Shown in pieces: positions 8,443-17,835 of a stretch of 64,000 bases of DNA (position 1 is the first letter of the stretch; every line of letters begins with the position of its first letter). A model generated the notes under the pieces. It made no database searches. It was not told where the DNA came from and saw only the letters and a list, made by a program, of their open reading frames with translations. Source of the stretch: Eubacteriales bacterium (GTDB taxonomy: Bacteria > Bacillota > Clostridia > Oscillospirales > CAG-272); assembly GCA_045127215.1 (NCBI GenBank), contig JBGVPV010000049.1:230-64229 (forward strand), written 5' to 3'. The translations under genes and the position numbers were made by a program.

Positions 8443-11088
8443 ATGAATTCCTACAATGAATTGCCAAAGGTATATTCCCCCAAGGATTTTGAGGACAGAA
8501 TATACGCTGATTGGTGCGACAAGGGTTATTTCACACCCGACGTTAACAATCCCGCTCCCACGTTTACGGTGGTTATTCCCCCTCCAAACGTAACAGGTCA
8601 GCTTCACATGGGACACGCCCTTGACGAAACTCTTCAGGACGTTCTCGTACGTTACAAGAGAATGCAGGGCTTTAACACCCTTTGGGTTCCCGGAACCGAC
8701 CACGCAGGTATCGCAACACAGATCAAGGTTGAGGAACGTCTCCGCGTTGATGAGGGTCTTACCCGCTACGATCTCGGCAGAGAAAAATTCCTTGAGAGAG
8801 TATGGGGCTGGAAGGATACCTATGAAAACCGCATAACAAGTCAGCTCAAAAAGCTTGGCGCATCTTGCGACTGGACACGCCAGCGCTTCACTATGGACGA
8901 GGGCTGCTCCAAGGCTGTTCGCGAGGTATTCGTAAACCTTTATGATAAGGGACTTATTTACAGAGGACACAGAATAATCAACTGGTGTCCCAGATGTCTT
9001 ACCGCGCTTTCCGACGCTGAGGTTGAATACAAGGATATGCCCGGCAACTTCTGGCACATCAAGTATCCCATCAAGGGCGAGGACGGCTACGTTGAGGTAG
9101 CTACCACACGTCCCGAAACTATGTTCGGTGATACTGCCGTTGCAGTTAACCCCGAGGACGAAAACACCAAGCACCTTATCGGTAAGACGCTCATTCTCCC
9201 CATCGTAAACAGAGAGATCCCCGTAATTGCAGACGATTACGTTGAGATCGGATTTGGTACGGGCTGCGTTAAGATAACTCCCGCTCACGACCCCAACGAC
9301 TTCCTCGTTGGTCAGCGTCACGATCTTGAGCAGATCAAGGTTATGAACGACGACGCAACCATGAACGCGTACGCAGGCAAATACGAGGGTATGGACAGAT
9401 ACGAGTGCAGAAAGGCTCTCGTTGCGGATCTTGAAGCTGAGGGTTTCCTCGTAAAGACCGTTCCTCACGACCACAACGTCGGCGTTTGCTACCGTTGCTC
9501 CACCGTTGTTGAACCCCTTACCTCAGATCAGTGGTTCGTTAAGATGAAGCCCCTCGCTGAGCCTGCTATAAAAGCTGTTGAGAGCGGTGAGATCAATTTC
9601 GTTCCCGAGCGTTTTTCAAAGAACTACTTTAACTGGATGAACAATATCCTCGACTGGTGTATCTCCCGTCAGCTTTGGTGGGGTCACAGAATCCCCGCGT
9701 TCTATTGCGATGAGTGCGGCGAGATGACAGTTTCCAAGACTGATATCGACACCTGCCCCAAGTGTGGCGGCAAGGTAAGACAGGACGAGGACGTACTTGA
9801 TACATGGTTCTCCTCTGCCCTTTGGCCCTTCTCTACTCTCGGCTGGCCTGAGATGACCGAGGACCTTAAGAAATACTATCCCACAAACGTACTCGTTACC
9901 GGCTACGATATTATCACTTTCTGGGTATCCCGTATGATATTCTCAGGACTTGAACACATGGACGCAAAGCCCTTCAGCACGGTATTTATCCACGGACTCG
10001 TTCGTGACGCTCAGGGTAGAAAGATGTCGAAATCGCTCGGTAACGGTATAGATCCCCTTGAAATTATCGACACCTACGGCGCAGACGCGCTTCGCTTTGC
10101 ACTTGCAACGGGTAACTCCCCCGGAAACGATATGAGATTCTCCGACGAGAAGATCGAGGCGGCAAGAAACTTTGCAAATAAGCTTTGGAACGCTTCACGT
10201 TTCGTAAGAATGAACCTCACAATTGAGAACGTTCAGCTTCCCGAAGCCGATAAGCTTGCAGCTGAGGACAAGTGGGTTCTCCACAAGTTCAACGCGCTCG
10301 TAGCAGAGGTAACCAACGCCCTTGATCGCTTTGAGGTAGGCGTTGCGCTTGCTTCTATCTATGAGTTCACTTGGGATATCTTCTGCGACTGGTATATCGA
10401 GCTTACCAAGGCAAGACTCAACGACAAGGAAAGCGAGGGCAACCAGACCGCTCAGAACGTGCTTGCTTACGTTCTTTGCGGAATTCTCAAGCTCCTCCAT
10501 CCCTTTATGCCCTTCATCACCGAGGAGATCTATCAGTCACTTCCCCACGATACCGAGAGCATCATGATCGCCGAGTATCCTAAGTTCTGCGACACACTCG
10601 TATTTACAGGTGACGCCGAAAGAATGAATAAGGTTATTTCCGCTATCCGCGCTATCCGTACGAGAAGAAACGATATGAATGTTCCCCCCTCACGCAAGGC
10701 AAAGGTATATATCGCAACCAAGTACGCTGACGCATTTGACGGCGCAACAAAGGTATTCTTTGAGCGTCTCGCATCCGCATCCGAGGTTGAGATCGCCGAG
10801 AGCTTTGAGGGCGTACTCAGCGCTGACGACGCGGTTCAGATAATCACCGACTCTGCAAGTATCTTCCTTCCCCTTTCCGATATAATCGATACCGAAAAGG
10901 AAAAGGCAAGACTTGAGGGTGAGGAAAAGAAGCTTATCGGTGAGATCGACAGACTTGAGAAGAAGCTTTCCAACGAGGGCTTTGTAGCCAAAGCGCCTGC
11001 GGCAGTAGTTGAGGGTGAGAAGGCAAAGCTTGAGAAGTACCGTGAAAATCTTGAGGGCGTTAAGGCGGCACTTGCGAAGCTTCAATAA
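8443..11088 (+). CDS. valS: Valine--tRNA ligase
   Basis: 881 aa with the class I HIGH (HMGHAL) and KMSKS motifs and a C-terminal coiled coil. Confidence 0.97.
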   Translation: MNSYNELPKVYSPKDFEDRIYADWCDKGYFTPDVNNPAPTFTVVIPPPNVTGQLHMGHALDETLQDVLVRYKRMQGFNTLWVPGTDHAGIATQIKVEERLRVDEGLTRYDLGREKFLERVWGWKDTYENRITSQLKKLGASCDWTRQRFTMDEGCSKAVREVFVNLYDKGLIYRGHRIINWCPRCLTALSDAEVEYKDMPGNFWHIKYPIKGEDGYVEVATTRPETMFGDTAVAVNPEDENTKHLIGKTLILPIVNREIPVIADDYVEIGFGTGCVKITPAHDPNDFLVGQRHDLEQIKVMNDDATMNAYAGKYEGMDRYECRKALVADLEAEGFLVKTVPHDHNVGVCYRCSTVVEPLTSDQWFVKMKPLAEPAIKAVESGEINFVPERFSKNYFNWMNNILDWCISRQLWWGHRIPAFYCDECGEMTVSKTDIDTCPKCGGKVRQDEDVLDTWFSSALWPFSTLGWPEMTEDLKKYYPTNVLVTGYDIITFWVSRMIFSGLEHMDAKPFSTVFIHGLVRDAQGRKMSKSLGNGIDPLEIIDTYGADALRFALATGNSPGNDMRFSDEKIEAARNFANKLWNASRFVRMNLTIENVQLPEADKLAAEDKWVLHKFNALVAEVTNALDRFEVGVALASIYEFTWDIFCDWYIELTKARLNDKESEGNQTAQNVLAYVLCGILKLLHPFMPFITEEIYQSLPHDTESIMIAEYPKFCDTLVFTGDAERMNKVISAIRAIRTRRNDMNVPPSRKAKVYIATKYADAFDGATKVFFERLASASEVEIAESFEGVLSADDAVQIITDSASIFLPLSDIIDTEKEKARLEGEEKKLIGEIDRLEKKLSNEGFVAKAPAAVVEGEKAKLEKYRENLEGVKAALAKLQ

Positions 11089-11134
11089 ATTCAATAAATA
11101 TTGAAAAAAAGAATAAATTTTTTCAAAAAAAGTG

Positions 11135-11163
11135 TTGACAAACACCCTTTGATATGATATAAT
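11135..11163 (+). promoter_or_regulatory. SigA-type promoter of the tRNA pair
   Basis: TTGACA (11135..11140), 17 nt, TGATATAAT with -10 at 11158..11163, preceded by a T6-C-A7 tract. Confidence 0.65.
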
Positions 11164-11212
11164 ATTTGAGCGTTCGACGGAAAACTTCGGCGAGCGCTCA
11201 AATATTTAACGT

Positions 11213-11289
11213 GGCGGGATAGCTCAGCTGGCTAGAGCAACCGGTTCATACCCGGTAGGTCATGGGTTCAAATCCAATTCCCGCTACCA
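11213..11289 (+). tRNA. tRNA-Met (anticodon CAU), elongator-like
   Basis: 77-nt cloverleaf by hand. Anticodon stem ACCGG/CCGGT, loop TTCATAC, encoded CCA. It resembles Bacillus elongator tRNA-Met. It has a G1-U72 wobble and a G51-A63 mismatch in the T stem. A lysidine-modified Ile2 identity cannot be excluded from sequence alone. Confidence 0.85.
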
Positions 11290-11291
11290 AC

Positions 11292-11366
11292 GGCCCGTTG
11301 GTCAAGCGGCTAAGACACCGCCCTTTCACGGCGGTAACGGGAGTTCGATTCTCCCACGGGTCACCA
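11292..11366 (+). tRNA. tRNA-Glu (anticodon UUC)
   Basis: 75 nt. Anticodon stem CCGCC/GGCGG, loop CTTTCAC, T loop GTTCGATTC, encoded CCA. Confidence 0.92.
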
Positions 11367-11369
11367 ACA

Positions 11370-11403
11370 AAAAACACCACATCTCAAGATGTGGTGTTTT
11401 TTG
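11370..11403 (+). terminator. Intrinsic terminator of the tRNA operon
   Basis: ACACCACATC-TCAA-GATGTGGTGT followed by TTTTTT. Confidence 0.85.
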
Positions 11404-11407
11404 TTGC

Positions 11408-11562
11408 TGCCTCGTCGCGCAAGCGACGAGGCAACAGTGACTTGTCACTGTTGCGGAGTTCGCATTTTGCGAGTAAAGCGATGGGAGCTCGCTCACGATC
11501 GCTACGAGCAAAAATATTCACCATAGGTGAAATTCTCCCATCGGGAGGAGCAAGCCCCTCCC
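11408..11562 (+). other. Cluster of about 7 short perfect hairpins (function unknown)
   Basis: H1 11408..11433: 11 bp, GCAA loop. H2 11431..11454: 10 bp, CUUG loop. H3 11460..11472. H4 11477..11493. H5 11517..11531. H6 11535..11547. H7 11543..11562. None is followed by a U-tract. Confidence 0.5.
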
Positions 11563-11578
11563 CTACCAACTATGCGGG

Positions 11579-11607
11579 TTGACTTTTAATTAAAGATGTG
11601 CTATAAT
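11579..11607 (+). promoter_or_regulatory. SigA-type promoter of mscL
   Basis: TTGACT (11579..11584), 17 nt, TATAAT (11602..11607). Confidence 0.6.
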
Positions 11608-11650
11608 AAACTCACTGATAAATAAAATTTTAATATAGGAATGTTTTTAT

Positions 11651-12283
11651 ATGAAAAAATTTTTCACAGAATTCAAAACCTTCATTACACGCGGCAACGT
11701 AATCGATATGGCTGTCGGTGTTATCGTAGGTAGTTCGTTTACCGCCATCGTTAACGGTATGAGTAATTTCATACTTAAGCCTATCATTAACAAGCTGCTC
11801 TCGCTTATTTTTGATGCCAATTCCCTGTCCGAGCTGTACACGTTCCTTACCAGAGTTGACAAGGACGTGCTCGACGAAGCAGGTAACGTGATCGGCAAGG
11901 AAGCCGACCTCGCTCAGTCCATATACATAGATTGGGGAGCATTTATAAACGCAGTCATCAACTTTTTCATCGTAGCTCTCGTGCTCTTCACCATCGTTAA
12001 GATGATAAACAAATTACGCGCAGATCAAAAGGCTTTCTCCGAGCGTCTTGCTGATTTAACGCTTGACAGAAACGAACGCAAGGAGCTCAAAAAAGCCGGC
12101 GTGAACGTAAAGGACAAGCAAGCCATCAAGGAATATTTTGAAAACAAAAAGAAAGCCGCCGAGAAGGCAGCCGAGGAAGAAAAGAAGGCGGCTGAAGAAA
12201 AAGCGCGTCAGGAAAGACTCAACAATCCCACTACCGAGGATCTTCTCAAGGATATTCTTATTGAATTAAGAAAAAATAAATAA
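11651..12283 (+). CDS. mscL: Large-conductance mechanosensitive channel MscL, unusually long form
   Basis: 210 aa with the N-terminus FKTFITRGNVIDMAVGVIVGSSF, a second TM, and a C-terminal TTEDLLKDILIELRK helix. Confidence 0.9.
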   Translation: MKKFFTEFKTFITRGNVIDMAVGVIVGSSFTAIVNGMSNFILKPIINKLLSLIFDANSLSELYTFLTRVDKDVLDEAGNVIGKEADLAQSIYIDWGAFINAVINFFIVALVLFTIVKMINKLRADQKAFSERLADLTLDRNERKELKKAGVNVKDKQAIKEYFENKKKAAEKAAEEEKKAAEEKARQERLNNPTTEDLLKDILIELRKNK

Positions 12284-12285
12284 AT

Positions 12286-12325
12286 AAAAGCCCGTGTATC
12301 GATCGACACACGGGCAATTTTTATT
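12286..12325. terminator. Bidirectional intrinsic terminator (mscL / ABC ATPase)
   Basis: GCCCGTGT (12290..12297) pairs with ACACGGGC (12308..12315), flanked by an A-run upstream and a T-run downstream. Confidence 0.75.
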
Positions 12326-12328
12326 AAA

Positions 12329-13441
12329 TTAGTGAAGGATGCAACGCTCAGTATCCTTATCAAAGATATGGAATCTGGACATATCGAATGCAACCTTGAT
12401 CTTCTGTCCTGCACGGGACTGAGAACGAGAAGATACACGAGCGATCATGTTGGTCTCACCAACGTTGATGTAGAGATAGATCTCCGCACCCATAAGCTCG
12501 GTAACGTCAACGTCAACCTCAAGAGAAGTATCGGGATTTGCCTCAACTGCGCTTTCCTGATCGGAAATAGCCTCGGGACGAAGTCCAACGACAACTTCCT
12601 GACCGATGTAATCAGCGATCTCAGGAGCATTTGCCTTCTCAGCGGGAAGCTTAATAGAAACGCCGTCAAAGTCAAAGTATACGTCAGCGCCTGCCTTTCT
12701 GAGAGATCCGTTGATGAAGTTCATCTGAGGAGTTCCGATAAATCCTGCAACGAACATATTGCAAGGCTTATCATAAAGATTCTGAGGAGTATCAACCTGC
12801 TGAATAAGACCGTCCTTCATAACAACGATTCTTGTTGCCATGGTCATAGCCTCTACCTGGTCGTGAGTAACGTATACGAACGTTGTTCCAACTCTGTTGT
12901 GAAGCTTGGTAAGCTCAGTTCTCATGGTTGCACGGAGCTTTGCGTCAAGGTTGGAAAGCGGCTCGTCAAGCAAGAATACCTTGGGGTTACGAACGATAGC
13001 ACGTCCGAGCGCAACTCTCTGCTTCTGACCACCGGAGAGAGCCTTGGGCTTTCTGTCGAGAAGGTGGGTGATATCGAGAATTCTTGCAGCCTCTTCAACG
13101 CGGCGCTTGATCTCTTCCTTGGGTGTCTTGTTGAGCTTAAGTCCGAACGCCATGTTCTCGTAAACGGACATGTGAGGATAAAGAGCGTAGTTCTGGAAAA
13201 CCATCGCGATCTGTCTATCCTTAGGCGCTACGTCATTAGCGAGCTGGTCGCCGATGAAAAGCTCACCCTCAGTGATCTCTTCAAGTCCTGCGATCATACG
13301 AAGCGTTGTTGACTTTCCGCATCCGGAAGGACCAACGAAAACTATAAATTCCTTATCCTTAACTTCAAGATTGAAATCAGATACAGCGGTAACTCCGCCG
13401 GGATACTTTTTGTAAATGTGTCTGAGTGATAAGCTTGCCAT
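12329..13441 (-). CDS. Carbohydrate ABC transporter ATP-binding protein, MsmX/MalK/UgpC type, with no adjacent permease
   Basis: 370 aa with Walker A GPSGCGKST, signature LSGGQKQR, Walker B FLLDEPLS and a C-terminal TOBE-like regulatory domain. Confidence 0.92.
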   Translation of the reverse strand: MASLSLRHIYKKYPGGVTAVSDFNLEVKDKEFIVFVGPSGCGKSTTLRMIAGLEEITEGELFIGDQLANDVAPKDRQIAMVFQNYALYPHMSVYENMAFGLKLNKTPKEEIKRRVEEAARILDITHLLDRKPKALSGGQKQRVALGRAIVRNPKVFLLDEPLSNLDAKLRATMRTELTKLHNRVGTTFVYVTHDQVEAMTMATRIVVMKDGLIQQVDTPQNLYDKPCNMFVAGFIGTPQMNFINGSLRKAGADVYFDFDGVSIKLPAEKANAPEIADYIGQEVVVGLRPEAISDQESAVEANPDTSLEVDVDVTELMGAEIYLYINVGETNMIARVSSRSQSRAGQKIKVAFDMSRFHIFDKDTERCILH

Positions 13442-13638
13442 TTATAATACTCCTTTTGAAAAAATTACACAAATAAGCATAGTTTTGTACTATACTATTA
13501 TACCAATTTTTTTGCAAAAATGGAAGATGGTATTTTTCTCGAAATTTTAATGCCTCTATTGTGCATTATGCACAATTTATGCGTTTTTTGTGTGAAATCA
13601 GCGGATTTTGTAAAATAAGATTTTAATAAATTAAAATT

Positions 13639-15798
13639 TTATTTAACGTTTTTCATCGAAAGGGATATTCTCTTCTTCTTAACGTCGACCTCGAGAACTC
13701 TTACCTTTACGTTGTCGCCGAGTCTTACCACCTCGGAAGGATGCTTTACAAAGCGATCGGAAAGCTGAGAGATATGAACGAGTCCGTCCTGATGCACGCC
13801 GATATCAACGAATGCTCCGAAGTCAATAACGTTTCTGACAACACCGTCAAGTATCATCTCGGGCTTGAGGTCCTCGATCGCGAGAACGTCAGCACGAAGC
13901 GCAGGAGGAGTCATATTATCACGAATATCGCGTCCCGGCTTTTCAAGCTCGGATACGATATCCATAAGCGTAGGCTCTCCTATACCGCACTCAGCGCAAA
14001 CTGCGGGAATTCCCTTTTCTGCGATCTTAGCGCGGATATTTGTAAGCTTACCGTCACGGATATCACTCTCTGTATATCCGAACATTTTAAGCAAGGTATG
14101 CGCGGCATCGTAGGACTCTGGGTGAACTCCCGTATTGTCAAGTATCTCACGGGAATTGGGTACTCGCAAAAATCCCGCGCACTGCTCAAACGCCTTAGCG
14201 CCAACTCTCGGAACCTTCAGAATATCCTTACGATTTGCAAACTCTCCGTTCTCCTCGCGGTACTTAACGATATTCTTAGCAGAAGTCGCATTGATACCCG
14301 AAATATAGGACAACAAGGAATAAGACGCTGTATTCACGTCGACGCCGACTGCGTTAACGCAGTCCTCAACTACTCCCTGAAGCGCAGTATCAAGTCTTGC
14401 CTGCTTCATATCATGCTGATACTGTCCGACGCCTATGGACTTGGGATCGATCTTTACAAGCTCTGCAAGAGGATCCTGAAGTCTGCGTGCAATAGATACC
14501 GCCGAACGCTGCATTACGTCGAAATCGGGGAATTCCTCAGCCGCGAGTTTTGACGCGGAATATACCGACGCGCCTGCTTCATTTATGATAATATACTTGC
14601 ATTCGTGAGAAACTTCCTTAAGGGTGTCCGCAATAAACAGCTCACTCTCACGCGATGCCGTACCGTTACCGATAGCAATTACGTCAACCTTATATTTCTC
14701 AACCATTCTCTTGATTATCTTAGCCGCTTCCTCAGTCTTGAACTTGCTCTTGGTAGTGGGATACACAACAGCGGTATCAAGCACCTTACCAGTCTTATCT
14801 ACCACAGCGGTCTTACAGCCGTTGATATAGCCGGGGTCAAAGCCAAGTACGGTCTTACCCTTAAGAGGAGTTTGCATAAGAAGAGGCTTGAGGTTGTCGG
14901 CAAAGAGCTTTATAGCTCCCTCACCTGCCACGTCAAACAGATCGTTTCTTATTTCTCGCTCGATCGAAGGCGCGATGAGTCTGTCATATCCGTCAACGAT
15001 AGCCGCTTCGATATATTTTACCGCCTTACTCTTGGGGTTGGTTATCATAGACGTACAAAGGAAATTAAGTATAATACCCTTTTCCACGGAAATTGATACC
15101 TTGAGAAATTCCTCCTTCTCGCCTCTGTTGATCGCGAGAACTCGGTGTGAGGGTATCTTATTTATCTTATCGGAATAGTCATAATACTGCGAGTATACGG
15201 AATCCTCGTCCTTTGCCGCCTTTGTAGAGATAAGTCCCATATCGAAGGTTACCTTACGGACGGTCTTTCTGAACTCGGCGTTATCGGAAACGCTCTCAGC
15301 GATAATATCGCAAGCACCTGCAAGCGCGTCCTCAGCACTCTCAACACCCTTTTCCGCGTCAACGTAACCCTCAGCCTGCTCCTCGATAGAGGGCTCGTAA
15401 GCATCAAGCTGAGCGAGTATAAGCTCGGCAAGCGGCTCAAGTCCCTTTTCCTTAGCTACCGATGCTCTGGTCTTTCTGTGAGGACGGTAAGGGCGGTAAA
15501 TATCGTCAACCTCGGTTATAGTAACCGCATTATCGATAGCCGCGCTGAGCTCGTCCGTCATCTTACCCATCTCGGTAATAAGCTTTTTGACTTCCTCTTT
15601 ACGCTTCTCGATATTTCTCAGATACGTAAGTCTGTCGTCAAGATTACGAAGCAGCTCGTCGTCAAGGCTTCCCGTCTCTTCCTTACGGTAACGGGCGATA
15701 AACGGTATAGTATTTCCGTCATCTATAAGAGCTACGGTCTTCTCTACCTGCTCTACCTTTATTTTAAATTCCTCTGCAAGTTTTTTGATTATATCCAT
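13639..15798 (-). CDS. tex: Tex-like transcription accessory protein (S1 RNA-binding domain)
   Basis: ORF trimmed to the ATG at 15798, which has GGAGAG upstream. N-terminus NTIPFIARYRKE, YqgF-like and HhH regions, C-terminal S1 domain. Confidence 0.92.
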   Translation of the reverse strand: MDIIKKLAEEFKIKVEQVEKTVALIDDGNTIPFIARYRKEETGSLDDELLRNLDDRLTYLRNIEKRKEEVKKLITEMGKMTDELSAAIDNAVTITEVDDIYRPYRPHRKTRASVAKEKGLEPLAELILAQLDAYEPSIEEQAEGYVDAEKGVESAEDALAGACDIIAESVSDNAEFRKTVRKVTFDMGLISTKAAKDEDSVYSQYYDYSDKINKIPSHRVLAINRGEKEEFLKVSISVEKGIILNFLCTSMITNPKSKAVKYIEAAIVDGYDRLIAPSIEREIRNDLFDVAGEGAIKLFADNLKPLLMQTPLKGKTVLGFDPGYINGCKTAVVDKTGKVLDTAVVYPTTKSKFKTEEAAKIIKRMVEKYKVDVIAIGNGTASRESELFIADTLKEVSHECKYIIINEAGASVYSASKLAAEEFPDFDVMQRSAVSIARRLQDPLAELVKIDPKSIGVGQYQHDMKQARLDTALQGVVEDCVNAVGVDVNTASYSLLSYISGINATSAKNIVKYREENGEFANRKDILKVPRVGAKAFEQCAGFLRVPNSREILDNTGVHPESYDAAHTLLKMFGYTESDIRDGKLTNIRAKIAEKGIPAVCAECGIGEPTLMDIVSELEKPGRDIRDNMTPPALRADVLAIEDLKPEMILDGVVRNVIDFGAFVDIGVHQDGLVHISQLSDRFVKHPSEVVRLGDNVKVRVLEVDVKKKRISLSMKNVK

Positions 15799-15813
15799 TT
15801 TTCTCTCCATTTT

Positions 15814-16527
15814 CTACTGTTTTGCGTGTTCTCTGAGCGATGCTATCTCGTCGTCGGTCAAATATCTCCACTCGCCGCGATCAAGTAAAGGATCGAGCGT
15901 AAGCGGACCGAATTCAACTCTTTCAAGATAAGTTATTTTATTTTCAAGCGCTTCAAGCATACGTTTGATCTGATGATATTTGCCCTCAACGAGCGTTATA
16001 TATCCGCCGAGGCGGTCATCGTCAAGCTTTATCTCTGCCGGCTTTGTTTCATATCCATCCTCGAGTATCAGTCCCGACTCAAAACGCTGAGCATCCTCGG
16101 GTGAGACCGGAAATTTTGATGAGTAACGGTAGAGCTTTTTTACGTGACTCTTGGGCGCGAGAAGCTTATGTGCAAGCTCCCCGTCGTCAGTCAACAGCAC
16201 GAGCCCCAAGGTATTCTTATCAAGTCTGCCGCATGGGAACATTCCCCTTGTGCGAACGTCTGCGGGCAACAGATCAAGCACGGTAACGTCACGCCCGTCT
16301 TCCGTCGCGCTCACAACGCCCTCAGGCTTATTGAGCATAACGTAAGTAAACTGACGGTATAAGATCTTACGACCGCAAAATATCACCTCGTCATTATTCT
16401 CATCTATATTCATATCCGAGGTCTTTGCCGTCGTTCCGTTTACCATAACCGCGCCTTTACGCGCGTACTTCTTAGCCTCTGAGCGCGAACAACAGCCCGT
16501 GGCTACCAAAAATTTATCAAGCCTCAT
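15814..16527 (-). CDS. RsuA/RluB-family rRNA pseudouridine synthase
   Basis: S4 domain starting MRLDKFL and the catalytic block GRLDKNTLGLVLLTDDG. The start at 16527 has GGAGGAGG 6 nt upstream and overlaps the folC 3' end by 11 nt. Confidence 0.88.
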   Translation of the reverse strand: MRLDKFLVATGCCSRSEAKKYARKGAVMVNGTTAKTSDMNIDENNDEVIFCGRKILYRQFTYVMLNKPEGVVSATEDGRDVTVLDLLPADVRTRGMFPCGRLDKNTLGLVLLTDDGELAHKLLAPKSHVKKLYRYSSKFPVSPEDAQRFESGLILEDGYETKPAEIKLDDDRLGGYITLVEGKYHQIKRMLEALENKITYLERVEFGPLTLDPLLDRGEWRYLTDDEIASLREHAKQ

Positions 16528-17815
16528 CGCTGTCCTCCTCCGACTCAAAGCTCTCCACTATCGGCATAAGCTCTGAATACGTGTACAGAGAGCCAAGGCA
16601 CACCACCGCGCTATCGTATTCCTTCGCCGCTTTTACAGCAAGCTCGTAAGCCTTGCCAATGCTCTCGCAAGGAGTAGCTTTAACGCCTTTTTCACAAAGC
16701 TCTGCGGCGTACTCCGAAGCTCCGAGAGCACGCGGATTATCAGGGGTTATAACGAAAGCCCTATCCGCAACAGTCGAAAGTTTATCCGCGATATATGCGT
16801 GATCCTTATCTCTGAGGACTCCCGTCAGTACGCATATCTTTTTATCACCAAAATAATGCCGTATGCTTTGAACGGAAGCATCTATTCCCTGCGGATTATG
16901 AGCTCCGTCGAATATCACGAGCGGATCTCTTTTTATTATTTCAAATCTTGCCGACCAACGCGCCGACTCAAGTCCTTCGTATATAGCGGCTTCGGATATC
17001 TCCAATCCACGCGTACGAAGTATATCCGCGGCAGTTATAACGGCTGCGGCGTTTCGAGGCTGATAAAGTCCGAGCAGATTTATTCTCAGATCCCTTCTCT
17101 TGCCAAAATCAAAAACGGTAGCATCAAGGTCTGCGCGTTTGATACTGATAGAATTATAGTCAACCGCAAAATATTCACTTTCCCACTTTTCTGCCGCCTC
17201 GCGTATTACGCGCTCGGCTGAAGCGTCCGTACCGCCGAAGAGCACGGGAACACCACGCTTTATGATACCCGCCTTCTCGGCGGCTATCTTTTCAACCGTA
17301 TCACCGAGGAACGCCGTATGATCAAGCGCAATACCCGTGATAACCGAAAGAAGCGGCGTTTTTATTATATTAGTGGAATCAAGGCGTCCGCCCATTCCTG
17401 CTTCAAGCACTACAACGTCGCATTTATTTCTTTTGAAATACTCAAATGCGATAGCGGTTATCAGCTCAAACTCAGTGGGTCTGTCACGCATTGAATCAGC
17501 TATCGGACGCACGTATGCGGTGATCTCGGAAAGCTCATCGTTTGATATAGGCTCGCCGTCGATACACATACGCTCATTGAAAAAACGAACGTAAGGCGAG
17601 GTATACAGACCGACCTTATATCCTGCCTTGCGAAGAATCCATGACATCATGGAGCAAAATGAGCCCTTGCCGTTAGTTCCCGCTACGTGAACGAATCGAA
17701 GCTCACTTTCAGGATGCCCAAGTCTTTCGCAAAGCTCACTGATACGCTCAAGTCCCGGCTTGCAAAACTGCCAATTTACGCCGTGTATATATTCAAGAGT
17801 TTCTTTGTAATTCAT
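16517..17815 (-). CDS. folC: Folylpolyglutamate synthase / dihydrofolate synthase FolC
   Basis: P-loop HVAGTNGKGS and Mur-ligase-like domains. The ATG at 17815 is preferred over the TTG at 17833. Confidence 0.92.
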   Translation of the reverse strand: MNYKETLEYIHGVNWQFCKPGLERISELCERLGHPESELRFVHVAGTNGKGSFCSMMSWILRKAGYKVGLYTSPYVRFFNERMCIDGEPISNDELSEITAYVRPIADSMRDRPTEFELITAIAFEYFKRNKCDVVVLEAGMGGRLDSTNIIKTPLLSVITGIALDHTAFLGDTVEKIAAEKAGIIKRGVPVLFGGTDASAERVIREAAEKWESEYFAVDYNSISIKRADLDATVFDFGKRRDLRINLLGLYQPRNAAAVITAADILRTRGLEISEAAIYEGLESARWSARFEIIKRDPLVIFDGAHNPQGIDASVQSIRHYFGDKKICVLTGVLRDKDHAYIADKLSTVADRAFVITPDNPRALGASEYAAELCEKGVKATPCESIGKAYELAVKAAKEYDSAVVCLGSLYTYSELMPIVESFESEEDSDEA

Positions 17816-17835
17816 CTTTACTATCACTTCCAATA

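Noticed and set aside
8173-9474. Long antisense ORFs opposite highly expressed genes: 8173..9474 vs valS, 18659..19924 vs glyQS, 12332..13312 vs the ABC ATPase, 25256..26356 vs tgt, 46704..47771 vs glgD, 29964..30842 vs mutS, 42929..43798 vs glgP
   Set aside because: Each is the mirror frame of a gene with unmistakable family motifs. The translated products are Leu/Ser/Arg-rich with no recognisable domains or RBS. This is the typical shadow-ORF artefact of codon bias.
11089-11117. AT-only hairpin TTCAATA-AA-TATTGAA right after valS
   Set aside because: The stem is weak, the loop is only 2 nt, and an A-run rather than a U-tract follows. It is not a credible terminator, so valS may read into the tRNA promoter region.
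11262-11582. 106-aa ORF spanning the tRNA genes and the hairpin cluster
   Set aside because: It overlaps two well-folded tRNAs and a terminator, and it has no RBS.
13520-13618. 32-codon Cys-rich hydrophobic mini-ORF (MEDGIFLEILMPLLCIMHNLCVFCVKSADFVK) in the tex/ABC-ATPase spacer
   Set aside because: There is no Shine-Dalgarno sequence (the upstream sequence is TTTGCAAAA) and no promoter on that strand. It overlaps the palindrome. It would need ribosome profiling or conservation evidence before being called.
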